Positions 1-13,873 of a stretch of DNA of 64,000 nt are shown here, in pieces. The translations under genes were made by a program, and so were the position numbers. Under the pieces are notes generated by a model. The model was not told the origin of the DNA and did no database searches. It was given only the letters and a program-made list of their open reading frames with translations. Position 1 is the first letter of the stretch, and each line of letters starts with the position of its first letter. This DNA is from Syncephalis fuscata S228 (lineage: Eukaryota; Fungi; Zoopagomycota), in contig JAHLTZ010000001.1 in assembly GCA_025786725.1 (NCBI GenBank), positions 186,001 through 250,000 on the forward strand, given 5' to 3'.

Positions 1-2715
1 ATGTTCGGCACGCAGTGAGGCCAATGCTTCTTCACGTTCAGTATGATGTCTTGCTTGATGCTCTTCTAAACTGGCAGCAGCGGCTGCTTCAGCCTCAGCG
101 ACAGCAACGGCTACTCTCTCTTGTGCCTGTTGCACTTCAGTTTGCAATTGAATGATCTGTGCATTTAATTGTTCACGTTCGTTGTTTGCTTCTTGTTGAG
201 CTGCTTCTAGTGCGGTCAAATGGGCAATTTCGGCCTCTTGAAGTTTGGCATCGGCATTGGCTTGAATTGCGACTAATGTGGCTTCGTGTTCAGCGTGTAG
301 TTGATCCAACTGGGCTTGAAGAGCCAATAATTGCTCTGCAGCCTCAGAAGTGGCTGAAGAGCCTTTTGTCACCTCTGCAGCCTCTGCACGTACCGTTTCG
401 AGCTCTTCAGCATGTATACGTGACAGTTCTTCCAAAGACTGGGCATGTGAACTAGCGAGTGCCGTTAATTCTTCAGTATGACGGCTGATGGTAGTTTCAA
501 GCTGTAGACGCAGCTCATTCAATGTCTCGTCATCATCGTGTTGAACAATGGCAACAGCAGCAGCAGTGTTAACGGCAGTCAATTCCGCTTGATGGGCGGC
601 TTGCAGTTCAGCGATTTGCTCGTTATGGTTTGCTGTCAGTTGGCGTAATGCTTCTTCACGTTCGTCACGGGCTGCCTGTAGAAAAGGAATGGTTACGTCG
701 TGAACGCAAGAATGATGGAGGAGAAGAAGACAAGTGTCGCCAAACGTTAGAATGATGTCGATGCGGAAATGCATGCAATACAGATAACATTAAGCTTCTA
801 GAGCTGCTATCTTGTATATTCATTTCCTGTATGCTCCATCTCTCTTTTATTGAGCTATACTCTCTCACTCTACTCCCCCTTCGTTCTGAATTGACACGCA
901 CCTCCAGTTGAGCACGGGTATCCTTGGCATCCGCTGCTACCTTGTCAATCTCCGACTGGTTAACGGCAATACGTTCACGCAGTTCTTGTTCGACTTGAGC
1001 AATTTTTTCGGCATAACGTTCCTCGACCGCTTGTACTTCATCGATACGAGCTTGTTCAAGCTGTTCAATTACACTTACGTGTTGTGCTTCAATGGCAGCA
1101 ATAGCATCAGCCACACTACCTTCTTGTGCAGCACGTAAAGCATCGGCATGCTGTTCACTTAATCGAGCCAATTCAGCAACGTGGGACTCGGTAGCATTTG
1201 CCACTGCAGCAGCGACTGCAGCAGCAATTGCCTCTTCGCCTGCACCAGCTGCCGATGATGTTGCCGATTCACGTGCAGCTTCTAATTCGGCCTGATGAGA
1301 ACGCTTTAGTTCGGCTATTTCCTCAAAGTGTTCAGCAGCCAATCGTTCCGATTCATCCGACTGTGCACGTTCCGATGCAGCTAGTACTTGGATATGTGCA
1401 GTCTCCAATGCTTGAGTACGTTCTTCTAACTCACGTCGGGCCAAATTAAGCTGTTCAGTAAGTGATTCAATCTGCTCACGCAATGAAGTTACTTCTTCTT
1501 CTTTAGTCGCTAATTGTGCACGTAATGCATCGGCATCAATAGATATTTCACGTGCAATAGCATCAGATGCTTCATGCTGAATAGTTGTGGTAATAGTCTC
1601 TGCTGACTCCACAGCAGCTAGTGCAGTAGCTAGCTGTCCTTTAAGTTCAGTAACTTCACGTTCACGTTCAACCAATTTAGTGCTCTTTTCCTCAAGGGCC
1701 TTTTCACGTTCAGAGTCGCGTGTTTTAAGCAAGTTTAGCTCTTCACGTAGCTCAAGTAGACTGGCCTTGGCAGCAGCAGCACTAGCTGATCCAGCTGAAG
1801 TATTTGATGCATTTGATGCAACTGATGGCGCACGACGGGTTGTCGTAACATTAGCAGCTACTGTAGTACGTGTACGTGCAGTAGAAGTAGCTGCAGCTGA
1901 GGTTGTACGCGATGCAGTAGCAGTGGTAGTACGGCGAGCAGTGGCGGCTGATGTACCAGTAGAAGGTGTAGCGCTACTTGTACGTTTAGCAGCTACTGGC
2001 GTCCTTCCAGAGCTACTGGCAGCTGATGCAGTACGTGACATAGCAGTTGATGTAGTTGGCCGGCTAGTCGTTGTTGTCGTCGTAGTGGTCTTCTTTGCTG
2101 TTGTGGCAGCTGGCGTGGTGAAGTACGACGTGCTGCAGTTGTAGAGCTTGCAGTACGCGTAGTTGATGTCGCACCTGTTGCAGAAGTGCGTTTAGCTGCC
2201 GTTGTAGTCGTGCTACCAGTAGCAGTGGTGCTAGTACGTTTAGCAGTAGCACTTGTTGCTGTTGCTGTTGTAGTTGTAGTCCTGCGTGCAGTTGCTGTAC
2301 TGCTAGTCTTTGCTGCAGCAGTCTTGGTAGCAGCAGTCTTGCTAGTTGCGGTAGTAGTCGTTTTACTGCCTGGCGCCACCTTCTTCTTTACTGCAGTGGC
2401 CGACTTGGCATCTGCAGCAGCCTTCTTTTCTACAGGTGCTTCAGTTTCAGCTTCAACTGGCTTGTCCTCAGTAGCTTCATTAGCTTCTGGAATAGTCTCT
2501 GGAACAGTGTTTGGAATGGCCTCTACCTCACAAGTAGTGGCAGTTATTTCAACATCATCCGGTCCTTCAGTCGTTTCAGATGAATTAGGTTCTACATTAG
2601 GACTTTCCGCATTCTCTTCCGTCACATCCATGGTAGCATGCGTCTTCTCATGATCTGGCGACCGTGGGGGAGAAAGGATAGAAAGCGTATCAGCGGATGC
2701 GTTGATTGATGTCAT
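1..2715 (-). CDS. Large coiled-coil protein with acidic N-terminus and basic Thr/Ala/Arg/Ser-rich low-complexity region; 3' end runs out of the window
   Basis: ORFs 1993-2715 and 665-2041 join across a 1-bp frameshift near 2120 (cgt act tc acc acg cca). A GT-AG intron lies at 901..676. The frame then stays open to base 1 with a heptad-like E/A/L/Q/H-rich sequence (AARDEREEALRQLTANHNEQIAELQAAHQAEL...). Confidence 0.75.
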
Positions 2716-3757
2716 ATTGATAATAAAAGTAGTGACGACAGCAATAACAAATAATCAACGGTAGCACTAGAATATCTTTTGTTAATTACAATTTAATCTC
2801 AGCACACAACACCGCTATTCATATCGCACACCGCTAATATAAATGCTATTTATTAACAGAGTGGCTGTGTGTAAAGTACAATGTACACAGAACATTACAC
2901 CATGCATATTTATGCACAGAAATTCGAGTTTATCTGTGTAATATTTACAATAATAAGCCAGCTATTTTTAACGCTCATTTGGCCTATTGAACATAAACAA
3001 GGATTAAAGATAGCCTTTAGCCTTCTCTTTTCTTTTAAACAAAGACAAAGCAAACACCGCAACTCCAGTGCCATAATCAGGATGGCATTGTAGATTAACA
3101 AATACAAATACAGCTATTGCTGTTGACAAAACAAAAGTATAGATAGCCCATCAGCGCTATTACTTCTTTACTTACCAGATGTACGTAGCCGTATCTGCCG
3201 TCAGCAATAGTAGCAGCGGTAGAATAGAACAAAGATGAACAAACGATAGAATCTAAGCGTATTCGCTCACACAATTACACGCATACAATGCGCTCCCTAA
3301 AGAGTGAACGTGCTACGTGTTGCAAAGATGAAACCGACAAAAATAAAGATGAGATAGTATGTGGTTGTGACTAGGTCAGCGTGTGAATACACAGTAGTAG
3401 CAAGTGGGCGTCAATAGACTGGCGCCGAGATAAAAAATAAGCAATAGTAAAGAAGAAGAAGAGGAAGAAAGAAGGAGGAGAGAAAATAACAAATGTCTTG
3501 CTGTGGCAATATAATAACAACAATAATAATAATCCGTGAAATTCAGTGTGGAAAAAGGGGCGGGGAAGGAATTATCAGTTAAGGAGAGGTCGCCCCAATT
3601 CATTAAATGATTAGTGTGTGTGTGTTTACAGGTAGATTGTTCAGAAAAGGTCAAATTGATAGTGTGGCAGATAACAAACTATAAGAAACTAGATAGTAAA
3701 GAAAAGTTTTAAAACTAGAAAGCTTTATTTTTTATTTATTTATTTATTATTGAATGA

Positions 3758-5215
3758 TTAACGACGGGGTGGACGTAGATAAGCAATGGTACCCGCCTCA
3801 TTTAGTGTGATCTGCTGTGATTGAAGATAATCAAGCGATGCCTTTGATATAGAGTCGAAACAAAGCCATTCAATAAGCCGCTCAGCTGGTAGCTGTAGAT
3901 GGCTAATACGCAATACTTGAAGCAGATTCTTACGCCATGATGGCATAATTAACTAAGTAATAAGCGATTAGAGTGTGTTTCAAGTATTTGCTGTATTCTT
4001 ATTATTACTATTGTTATTATTATTAATATTTACCTTCCAAACTGATCCATAAGAATCAATTCACTAGCTGTAGGTTTTAATAAATACAGATGCTTAGTAT
4101 CACTGGTGGTGATTCTTTATTTATGATCCTAGAACCGGAAATATCGCTACTCGTTTGTTGTCGCCTTTCTCTTGTAAAAGTGGGCCAATCAATTGACGAT
4201 AGGCCCGAGTGATACGCTCAGCAAATTGATACCACTGATCGCTTGTTATTTTATTATTTTTATTATTTGTATTGCTATTATCGGTGTTATTATTATGTTT
4301 TTGTTGAATGATTTTTGGTGGGCGTATAATTGCATCCAACTAGATTTATCTTGTATTGGTTCGATGGTTAGTAAAATAAGACGGAATGCTGTAAATAACG
4401 AACACGCGGTGTATCCATCTAGTATTGTAATTACTACCATTGTTATCATAGTAAATAATGCTACTTACTGTTGATAGTGCAGGATAGAGTTCTTCAATAA
4501 GACGAGTCAGTGCTACAATAAGCTCTGGTGTATCTTGTGCTAATAAAGCTGTCTCTGCCGATCGTTCATAGACTATATAAATATATAGTATATAATATAT
4601 AGTATATAATATATAGTTATTATAAAGTATTAAATATTAGTTTAATGGGTTATGTGCTTTATACCTTGTACAGCAAATGCATCAATACGCCGTGTAGCAG
4701 TAATCGTTTCTCGTAATTGTCCTATATATTTTATTATTACATTAATATTTTCAAGTGCTGTAATACTTACGAAAAGTCATAGCCATTTTACTCGCTTGTT
4801 TAGAAAGCACAGTCGGATCAGTAGTCTCGTTAATACAGTAATAATACGGCACAAGTGGATCATCAGTCGCATTACCACGATATACACCCATTGATACCAA
4901 CTAAAAGATCGTATTAACTTTTACTCTTTCTTTTCCTTAATGCTTACTTTATCCATCATATCGTAAAATATCTTTTCTTGTTCTTTTGTCGATAATAATC
5001 TACGTTCTAGCTATTACAATCCTGTTATAGCCACTGCTTTAAACTTGCCTCTTTTTGTTATCACTTGCATTAATACGACTAGGTAATGCAACGTAGCCGT
5101 CATCAATAACCTTTGACATCTGTTCCTGCTTGCTTCGTGTTGCTGGTTGTAAGCCCTTCCTACTGATAGACTGTGCGTGCCTAGCACCACGTCTTGACCA
5201 AGATGACGATGACAT
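3758..5215 (-). CDS. Multi-exon protein, probably CSN8/PSMD8/eIF3K (PCI-like) family
   Basis: Hand-spliced exons give MSSSSWSRRG..., KRLLSTKEQEKIFYDMMDK, F-RQLRETITATRRIDAFAVQVYERSAETALLA and C-terminal WRKNLLQVLRISHLQLPAERLIEWLCF. The RxLRExI..R.D.FAVQ pattern resembles fungal PCI-like proteins as I recall them; this was not searched. Confidence 0.5.
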
Positions 5216-5610
5216 ACTTGTAGACTAGTTTGTATGTAGCAGTATTTAAAAAGTAATTAGAAGAATGAATTGCTATACCGCTTTATTCTATTGGACTGGG
5301 TTGCTATATAATGGCTATGTTTAACATGTATTCAGTATGTAACTTTCACTCTTTATTTCAACACAAATGTATAAATATTAGCTTTATTTGCAATTATAGA
5401 CCATTATGGCATGTTATTATTACGGATAGGACTATTTAATAGACAGTTAATTATTTAATGTGATAAAATGTCATCTTTAGTCATGAAGAATTGTAATAAT
5501 GTTTAAAATAGCGCGAATTTTTATATTAATTTGGCCATTTTTTATTGTCTTTCTTTTATCGATTCATTGTAACCTTGACAGATTTATACGCTTACACGTC
5601 GCCCGTTATT

Positions 5611-6016
5611 ATGAACCAACCAACACCTCGTGTCGACTCGGCGATGTTACGCGATCACATTGGTGACACTGTACGTTTAGTTGGCAAGGTACTTCAGGTA
5701 TGTATGATCGTGTTATCTTTTGCTTTAACGCGTCAATACTAATAGCTATGGTATTTACCACTGCTCTTATGACACTTATTCATAGTTACAACCACCAAAT
5801 CGTGCCTTGTTAGAAGCAGCTGACCATGGCCAAGTAAATATCAAACTCACGAATGATAGTACAATTGGTACGCGATTCGTTGAAGTAATTGGCCGGGTAG
5901 AATCCAATGATACCGTACAAGAATACGTAACACTTGATCTTGGTGAAGACTTTGATATATCGCTTTATCAACAGATGCTGCCCATCTTAAAACAACATCC
6001 ACAATTATTTGAATAA
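5611..6016 (+). CDS. RFA3: Replication protein A subunit 3 (14 kDa OB-fold)
   Basis: MNQPTPRVDSAMLRDHIGDTVRLVGKV, one intron (~5698-5785), then ...FVEVIGRV...LGEDFDISLYQQ...HPQLF. This is the typical RPA14/Ssb3 sequence. Confidence 0.9.
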
Positions 6017-6164
6017 CTTGATCAATAATAGCAACAATAACAACAATAACATGAATCAATAAAAGCTGTGCCATTTCATCAAATAGTTAGAACAGAGTTC
6101 TTTATTTTCAAATCATCATTCTTCTCTATCGATAATGTAAATCAAAGCGAAAAGAAATACGAAA

Positions 6165-8068
6165 TTATTGTGCCAACTCGACTGATTTACTGGCTGCCAC
6201 ATCCAAATCATCATTGGCGTAGATCTTTAGACCAGACTCGCTAATCATCTTCTTGGCTTCATCGACCTTGGTACCTATTATTATTATTATTATTATATCA
6301 TTAAAATATATATTAATATCGTTATTACATTGCAAATCGTAATAAATATAACTATTTACCTTGTAGACGCACAACTAGTGGAATCTTCAAGTTCAATTGG
6401 TTTACAGCCGTAATAATACCTTCAGCAATGACATCACAGCGCATAATACCACCAAAGATGTTGACAAGGATGGCCTTGACATGCGGATCTTCACTAATGA
6501 TCTTGAAGGCTTCCGTTACTTGTTCAACTGTGGCACTGCCACCAACATCCAAAAAGTTGGCTGGTGAGCCACCGTGCAGCTTGATGATATCCATGGTAGC
6601 CATGGCCAGACCAGCACCATTGACTAGTGTGCATTAGATAACATAATGCTATTGCTGGTACACCACTTACCGAGACAACCAATCGAGCCATCAAGGCCGA
6701 TATAGTTTAGCTTATATTTGGTGGCCGCTACTTCGCGTTGATCCTCTTGTGTAGTGTCACGCAATTCATAAATATCCTTTTGACGGAAGTCGGCATTGTC
6801 ATCAAAGTTAAGCTTGGCATCCATGCAGACCACTATAGGCAAATGTAAGATAAGGGGGCCGTTGATGTACTTGCCATTTCATACCTTCGCTGTTCTTCAA
6901 TGACTCGGCCAATGGGTTAATCTCGACTAGAGTGGCATCTTTCTCAATAAACAACTTGTATAGCTTCATGAATGTATCAGCTGCCTATTGATCATGACGA
7001 TGGCATCCATAGTTAGTATATGTACTATTATTTAAAGATAAATATAATACACTTACCGCAGCTTGATTCTCAGAGGCAAATCCAATCTTGGCAGCCAGTG
7101 CCTTGGCCTGATCCAACTGTAATCCTAACAAAACATATTATTTAATAATTAGCATGCATTCAGTAATATATAAAATAGTAATTATTACTGTTAAGACAGT
7201 TAAATACAATTGTATTTACCTTTACGGATATCAATTGGCAAAGTAACAATGGCCTCTGGATTGTCACGGGCCACACCTTCAATATCAACACCACCCTCGG
7301 AACTAGCAACAATGGCTGGTCCTTGTGATTTACGGTCCATAAGAATAGCAAAATAATATTCTTTATCGACAAATTTACGTTCTACAACAAATACCTATTC
7401 GTATTATAGTTAGTTAATAAATATTTAACATTGACATTTAACATTAATATTTTATCTTAACATTACTTACTTTGTTGCACACTTTACCAGCAGCACCAGT
7501 TTGTTTAGTCACCAATTTATAGCCAAGCATCTTTTCCGCATACTGTTCAGCCTCTTTTGCTCTAAATATACACATTTATTATTAATCAGTATAATATTAA
7601 TATACCATACACACTAAACACTTATTATTGTGTACTTACGAGGAAATAAGCTTGACACCACCTTGAAGACCACTTTCAAATGTGCCCTTGCCACGACCAC
7701 CAGCCAGTACTTGTGCCTTAATTACAAGATCCTTCTTGCCTATGACGCGTTATACATCGATAATTAACATCTGTCTCTGTATCTGTTGTGGAGAGAGAAG
7801 GGAAAGTACTTACCAAGTTCATTGGCTACTTTGAATGTCTCTTCTGGCGTAGACGCGACTTGGCCTTTTGGAACATTGATGCCGTACTTTTCAAGCTGAC
7901 GAACCGACAAGTACTCGTGGATAGATAGGAAACGACGCTACAACCACCATGATCCATAGGTTAATAACGCGTCATCTTCGCTTCTAGTCTCTTTACCTGA
8001 TTGGCAGTGACCAGCGACGATGATCGAGCCATACGACGAGCCGAACGGAAAGCAGCCGACGAGAACAT
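6165..8068 (-). CDS. LSC2: Succinyl-CoA ligase beta subunit, mitochondrial
   Basis: Arg/Ser-rich presequence, then [79 protein letters not shown] and [10 protein letters not shown] across multiple introns. Confidence 0.97.
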
Positions 8069-8285
8069 GATGATAGCGCGGAGTATACTATTTATTAAAG
8101 CAAACGACGCTTAGTAGTGAAAGTGCAGCACACGAGGGAGAATCAAAGAGAAAGAGCGGTAGAGTTAAAACTACAAAATGATGATGGCGATTAAAGCATC
8201 GTCATCAGCACCATTATTATTAGTTGGTATTATTTTGCATCCCATTCAGCGCAATAAATCGTTGTACGCCATCAATCATAATTAT

Positions 8286-8557
8286 TATTATAATGCTTTG
8301 AATACTTTACAGTAACAGTAAAATAGATTAACATTTATTTATTTATTATATTTTATTGTAAGCAGTATAGCATACTATTCAATATCTATTTTGATATTGA
8401 AAATAGTACAGATTAATTAAAACTCCACTTGATTCAATCAGAGTCGATATGACACTGCTTCAGCAAATAGCACTTCTCAGTAGTAAAAACTGATTGACGA
8501 TTTACTATTCGAATTATGGATCTTTTTGTCCCAGTTTAAGATAGGGGCATAAAAAAG
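8286..8557 (+). repeat. Dispersed non-coding repeat, copy D (candidate Fanzor 3' end/omegaRNA region)
   Basis: Its reverse complement aligns by eye with 13234-13490 and 16420-16675. It ends ...TTTTTGTCCCAGTTTAAGATAGGGGCATAAAAAAG|TAGCTT. Confidence 0.85.
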
Positions 8558-8576
8558 TAGCTTCTTTAATTTATAA

Positions 8577-11500
8577 TTATTTAGTAATGTTACTACTACG
8601 CCAGCCACAGTCTGCACTATCATCTCGTTCCATTAGCGTGGTTGGCCTATTTATGTTATTAGTAAGGCTGTTACAACTAGTCCATTCATTCTACTTACCA
8701 GTAATGGAGGTTTTGCTTAATACTAAGTACCATAGGATCATATCAAATGTAATAATCTTAATTCGAACGTATGTATTATCGGGACAGGTGCGCACTACAG
8801 CAAGGAAAGCATCAACATCTGGTGTAGCTTGACCGTTAACATGCGTAATCCACATAGTAGGTACCTATTAGTATTGTGGTTGTTACTCATTAGCGATTGA
8901 GTTGGTGTCAATCCAAGTAGTTAGTCTTACCATGCCGTACATGTAGGCGGGTGAACCACGACTACGTGCTGAAATATAGACACGTGATGGCAGTTTTTTG
9001 GATTGTTGCAATACAGCCTTGTGTGGTTCTAATTGATTATACAAAATGTATTAGATTATTGAATATTGCTGATTGGTGTCTATATTACCTTGAATCATAG
9101 CACCGGCCCAGGATAGAACACGACGTACATCTTCGCCATCGACTGGGGTCGTCGGTACTTGTACAGTCATTTCTTTCTTTTCACGCAATATCGTCTATAG
9201 TATATAATATATGTATTAATTAAATAAACATCTACAATGTTGTAGTAATAGCATACCAATGATAGTGATTCTAATTCAACATGGGCATCAAGCTCAACCA
9301 TTCGTGTTAGGACCTTGCCATTAATTGCTAAAATCAAATCAAGATCCTTTAACCATTGACTGGCCACACTTGCCGTCTCTACACGCCGAATCATAAATAG
9401 CTGATGTCGTTGAGGATTGGCCACTTCTACTTGGCGGACCCAATCGTCAGATACGCCCATATGGCGTGCCTGCACCATCTGGACGGGTACCAATTCAACA
9501 CTCAGTACACGTAGTTGTGGGCGCTGACCAAGACGTAATGGTTCTAGAATTGGTCGAATAGTGTTGACGTGTAATCCCAAATGATACTCGTTATCATGTC
9601 CATTCACCGTACGCTCTCCCAAATAGGATAGCCATAAGCCTTGTACACGGCCATCATGATCGGCCAATACACCGCTTGAACATTGTTGAGCCAGTGGCGT
9701 ATCAAGCGTGATAGCATCCAAGTTAATACCACTGGAGTAGAAGCAGTGTAAGTAATTATTATAATATCTATAAATACATCAATAATTACCGGAAGCGAGG
9801 TGTAGCATTCTGTGGAATAGTTACACATGTAATATCGGTTACAACTGTAGTCAAACAGACGGGTCGATAATTGTGATTAAAAGCAAGTAGTGTCACCTTA
9901 TGGCCTAATATGCAACAATTAGTATAAATAGAGTATTTTATAGCCAATATTACGTACCCTGTACTAGTGGTGTATCGCTTAGTTGTGCTGATTGAACAGG
10001 TGTCTCACCAAGTAGACGTGGATCATAGGAGATCATTGCTACATTATGTGTAGGATGAAGGAATTCTACCTTGGCTGGAATAACAATAGAATCGGCAAAG
10101 GTAATTGAAAGATCGCCAAGAGCAAATGGCACGATATTTCGGCCCACAACCACTAAGCCACGTTCAGCATCTACAACAAGTCCAGCGCCTTGTTTCTAGT
10201 CATGTTGTCAATATATTTATAACACTATAAATCTAAGTAATGATAAAAACTTACCCGACTACGTGGAAATCCATCTAGTTTGATTGGCATATAATAAGTA
10301 ACCTTGACCAATGAAGAGATTAGCTGTTTAGCTGATCCTAAACTATCATCTAATTCAACAAACTTCACGGTAGCTGGTTCTAATTCCTTTACGGCGGGTG
10401 CTGGGTCATTAAGGTCGGTGAATTTCCATAGACCACTGACATCTATTATATTCGTGTAATTAGGCTATATATCCATATATTAGCATTAATGGTCTATTTA
10501 CCATTACGAACGGCTAAACGGAATCTTGACCAGTGACGATCAACTTGTACAACTGCCACACTTGTCATGTGGACATCGGCATGCTATAATAAACAATTGG
10601 TACACGTTCACGATCTGGAATACTTTGCATTACACGAATGAAGTCATCAAGCGTTGGAGTCAATTGACTATCCACTGAGGCAATAATCCAGCCATTGTCT
10701 GGCCCATCTAGTCGGAACATGCCAGCTGGTTCTGCTACATAGACACCACGTGCTGGTACACAGTATGAACGAGCCAATTGATACGAGAGCTCATTTAGTG
10801 TTGCACCACCAATTTCTACATAACGATCGGGTGTACTATTTATTGTGTAAGTAACGTGGGTGTTATTTGACATATTAATATATTTTGAGCAAATTAACCT
10901 ACATGCTATGTAAATTTTGTACTGTTACTGTTACTGTTAATGCTTCACCACCTCGTTCAATTTCTAAAACAATATCATGATTGACATGACTATCTAGCGC
11001 TTCTTCTAGTGAAACGAATTTGGTCACTGTCTGGCCATTAATGCGTATTAGAATGTCACCCTCTTCTAATTCGGCCGATCCTGGCCCTTCTGGTACAACT
11101 GTTTCAACTACAAGCATACCAATCTCTTCTGGATATTGCTCTCGAACAGTAGCCTCAGTCTCAGGTTTAAGACCCAGTCGACGTGTTTCGTCAAATGGTC
11201 GATGTCTAGATGTTATATTAGTAATTATAAATATTGACCTTTTACTATTAATCTTACAGAAACTGTACTTGAATAGTGCCACGTACTACTGGTTCGTTGC
11301 GTTGCAAGCATTGCAGAGCACGTACAACGCGATCTAGTGGAAGGAAAAAGTCTGTTGCTGCTTTTGTATGGCCACCTGCTTGCAAGGCTACTGCATTGCC
11401 GTTCAAATCAATAACGGGACTACCGGAACTGCCTGTAAATAGTTTAACTAAGTTTAAATCAATCAATGCATTTATTGGTCACCTACCACCACTCGTACTA

Positions 11501-12484
11501 GATGCTGCTTGTCTATAATAATAATAGGTATAAATGTAAGCATAAGTATTTGTATTATTATAAACTTACAAATAAAATGTGTTGAAATCGTTATAGGTCA
11601 TATCACCGTATTCGGGTGCATTACGATCAAGTCGTGAAATTGAACCAGCCAAAATGGACAGTTTCTCGCCGGCATCGTTACCTACAACACGGATATCCAA
11701 TCCAACACGGGCCAAATCTGGACGAAGAGGAATGGCCGTGACCGGCATATATCGAATTTTACTCGGATCGAATTTAAGAAATCCAAAGTCATGAATAGGA
11801 TCGCTAATGATGTAATAGACAGTGATCGGTGTTTGTTAGCTTTTTAATATATAGATAGCAACGCTAACTGTTATTACCGGTAGATTGCATGTACATCCAC
11901 CTCTTCATGGTCATGAGCAATGGCTTCACCTACAAATGGACCCGAACAAGCAACATGTCTATTTGAGTAAATAAACAAATAAATAATTAACGTGTTAGTT
12001 ATTGTATTACGTTTACTACTTACCGATTAGTAAGAATAATGCCGCGTTCTGCATCCACAATAAATCCCGATGCTTCTGACGTTTCCGCGCCTACATAAGA
12101 TTAAATAAGCACAGTGCTGTATAAACACTATTGTTGCCCATGTATAATACTCTACTGACCTTCCGTATCAAATGCTGCAACTTGACTAAATCGAATAGAA
12201 ACAATGGCTTTCACAGCAAGTTCAATCGTCGATTGCCAGCCTGTTGGTTGCATCGCACTTTGCGATCCATCATCGCCAATACAAATACTCGATGGCTCGG
12301 AGATGGAGCTTGTGCGTCGACGCTTATGGGCCACGTCAGTTCCAACACTAGCCGTATCTGTATCCATGTCAGCTAAAGGAGTACAATGGTCGTTGACTAA
12401 TAGTTTATCATCTGTCGCTGTCTCACGAGTCATCGTACCTAGGCCATTAGGCCGGGAGGCAGCAGTGATATCGTCTAGCTCCAT
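8577..12484 (-). CDS. NMA111: Pro-apoptotic nuclear HtrA-type serine protease with PDZ domains
   Basis: [27 protein letters not shown] (His), [11 protein letters not shown] (Asp), GGSSGSPV (Ser), [10 protein letters not shown], tandem protease/PDZ halves and C-terminal HYWPT. Many introns. Apparent 1-bp deletions near 10581 and 8735. Confidence 0.95.
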
Positions 12485-12666
12485 CAATATTACACCTTAG
12501 TAGTCAGTGGTGGTAGCGATTAGTGAACAGTAACAAGGTAAGCGCGTTTCAAAAAAAAGCAAATGCAACAACTAGGAATACGAATACAAACAAAAAAACA
12601 CTACACAAACGATTTTTATTGTTTTCACTAATTAACTCCGATGAATTGATTTCAATATAAAAGCTA

Positions 12667-12886
12667 TTTTATTTTGAGTCACTAGCTTCAAACTGGGACA
12701 AAATATCATAATTTGAATAATAAACCATTGATCAGTTTTTAATACTGAGAAGTAATATTTGTTGAGCAGTGTCATATTAATTTTGATTGAATCAATCAGA
12801 GTCTTAATTAATCTGCACTATTTCCAATATTTGATGCCAGTGGTAATAAATGTTAAATAGTATTCCATGCTACTTACAATAAAATG
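12667..12886 (-). repeat. Dispersed non-coding repeat, copy A, directly downstream of the Fanzor ORF relic
   Basis: Shares AAACTGGGACAAAA, ATCAGTTTTTAATACTGAGAAGTAATATTTGTTG, TCTGCACTATTT and ACTTACAATAAAAT with the other copies. It starts about 10 nt after the relic's stop codon. Confidence 0.85.
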
Positions 12887-12896
12887 CTACACTTAA

Positions 12897-13207
12897 TTAT
12901 GATGTTGATGCAACAGTGTCAGTTTGATTTCTTATAATAGTAGGTGGTAAGAAATCAAAAGGCCTTGGTTTACTACTGGCCATTGTACTGAATATACTGT
13001 GCATGTTTCTGCTGCATTAACATCGCACTATTTATTTATTCATTTAAATTATTGGTTTATTGCTTCATCCTTACAATATAATTATATTTCATTATTTTAA
13101 TAATGACATTTGTATAATTACAATTGTCTTTAAAAAACACTAACTTTGATTGTATTTGCTATTACACTCAGTAATTTATTGGCAGTATACTCTATAGCAA
13201 CAACTTT
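12897..13207 (-). pseudogene. Decayed Fanzor/TnpB-like nuclease C-terminal fragment
   Basis: Minus-strand translation with frameshifts gives KVVAI-EY-T..., ECNSK, ..., DVNAA(R)NMHSIFSTMASSKPRPFDFLPP...*. This matches the order RuvC-II (VxIDEY.TS), zinc finger, RuvC-III (RD.NAA.N) and RP..F tail. Confidence 0.7.
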
Positions 13208-13233
13208 TAGTATTAATATTAATAAAAAAGCCA

Positions 13234-13620
13234 CCTTTCTTTATGCCCCTATCCTTAAACTGGGACAAAAATATCCATAATTTGAATATAATCCAATCAG
13301 TTTTTAATACTGAGAAGTAATATTTGTTGAGGCAGTGCCACATCAATTCCGATTAATTCGAGTTGTCAGTCTGCACTATTTTCAGTATCAAAATAGATAT
13401 TAAATAGTATTTTATGTACTTACAATAAAATAGAATAAATAGTAAATGCTGATTTATTTTATTGTAACTGTAAAGTATTCAAAACATTATAATTTGATAT
13501 TTAATATAACTTACCATCCAGTTCCATGCTTAGTAGAACAACAAATGTGTAGTTCAAACAAGTAAAAGGATGTCAATTTTGATTTTTTGACACTGAATCA
13601 TATAAATCTACTAATAAATT
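13234..13620 (-). repeat. Dispersed repeat, copy B (~390 bp)
   Basis: Near-identical by eye to 16420-16800, in the same orientation. Its first ~260 bp are homologous to copies A and D. Confidence 0.9.
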
Positions 13621-13873
13621 AATATATAAAGTTATTGTATTTTGATTTCCACATTTTATTTACTTATTTCACCATCTTTTTTATTGCTGTCTTATCGTTT
13701 TATCTTCCCTTTAGCTATTCTATTTAGTCAATTTGTGAGACTTATGGGTAATGGTTTTTATACATAATGAAAACAGGAATGGATTTTGGACAGAAAGACG
13801 TCATTTATTAAAATGGTTAAATAATTAAAATGATTGATTATATTTATTATTTATTATTGCTAGAATTACATCA

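Noticed and set aside
908-2653. Plus-strand ORFs 1587-2144 and 2186-2653 (Val/Ala-rich, membrane-looking)
   Set aside because: They are antisense shadows of the Thr/Ala-rich minus-strand gene.
5511-5520. GCGCGAA upstream of RFA3 as an SCB/E2F-like cell-cycle element
   Set aside because: It is biologically plausible, but a single short match is not sufficient evidence.
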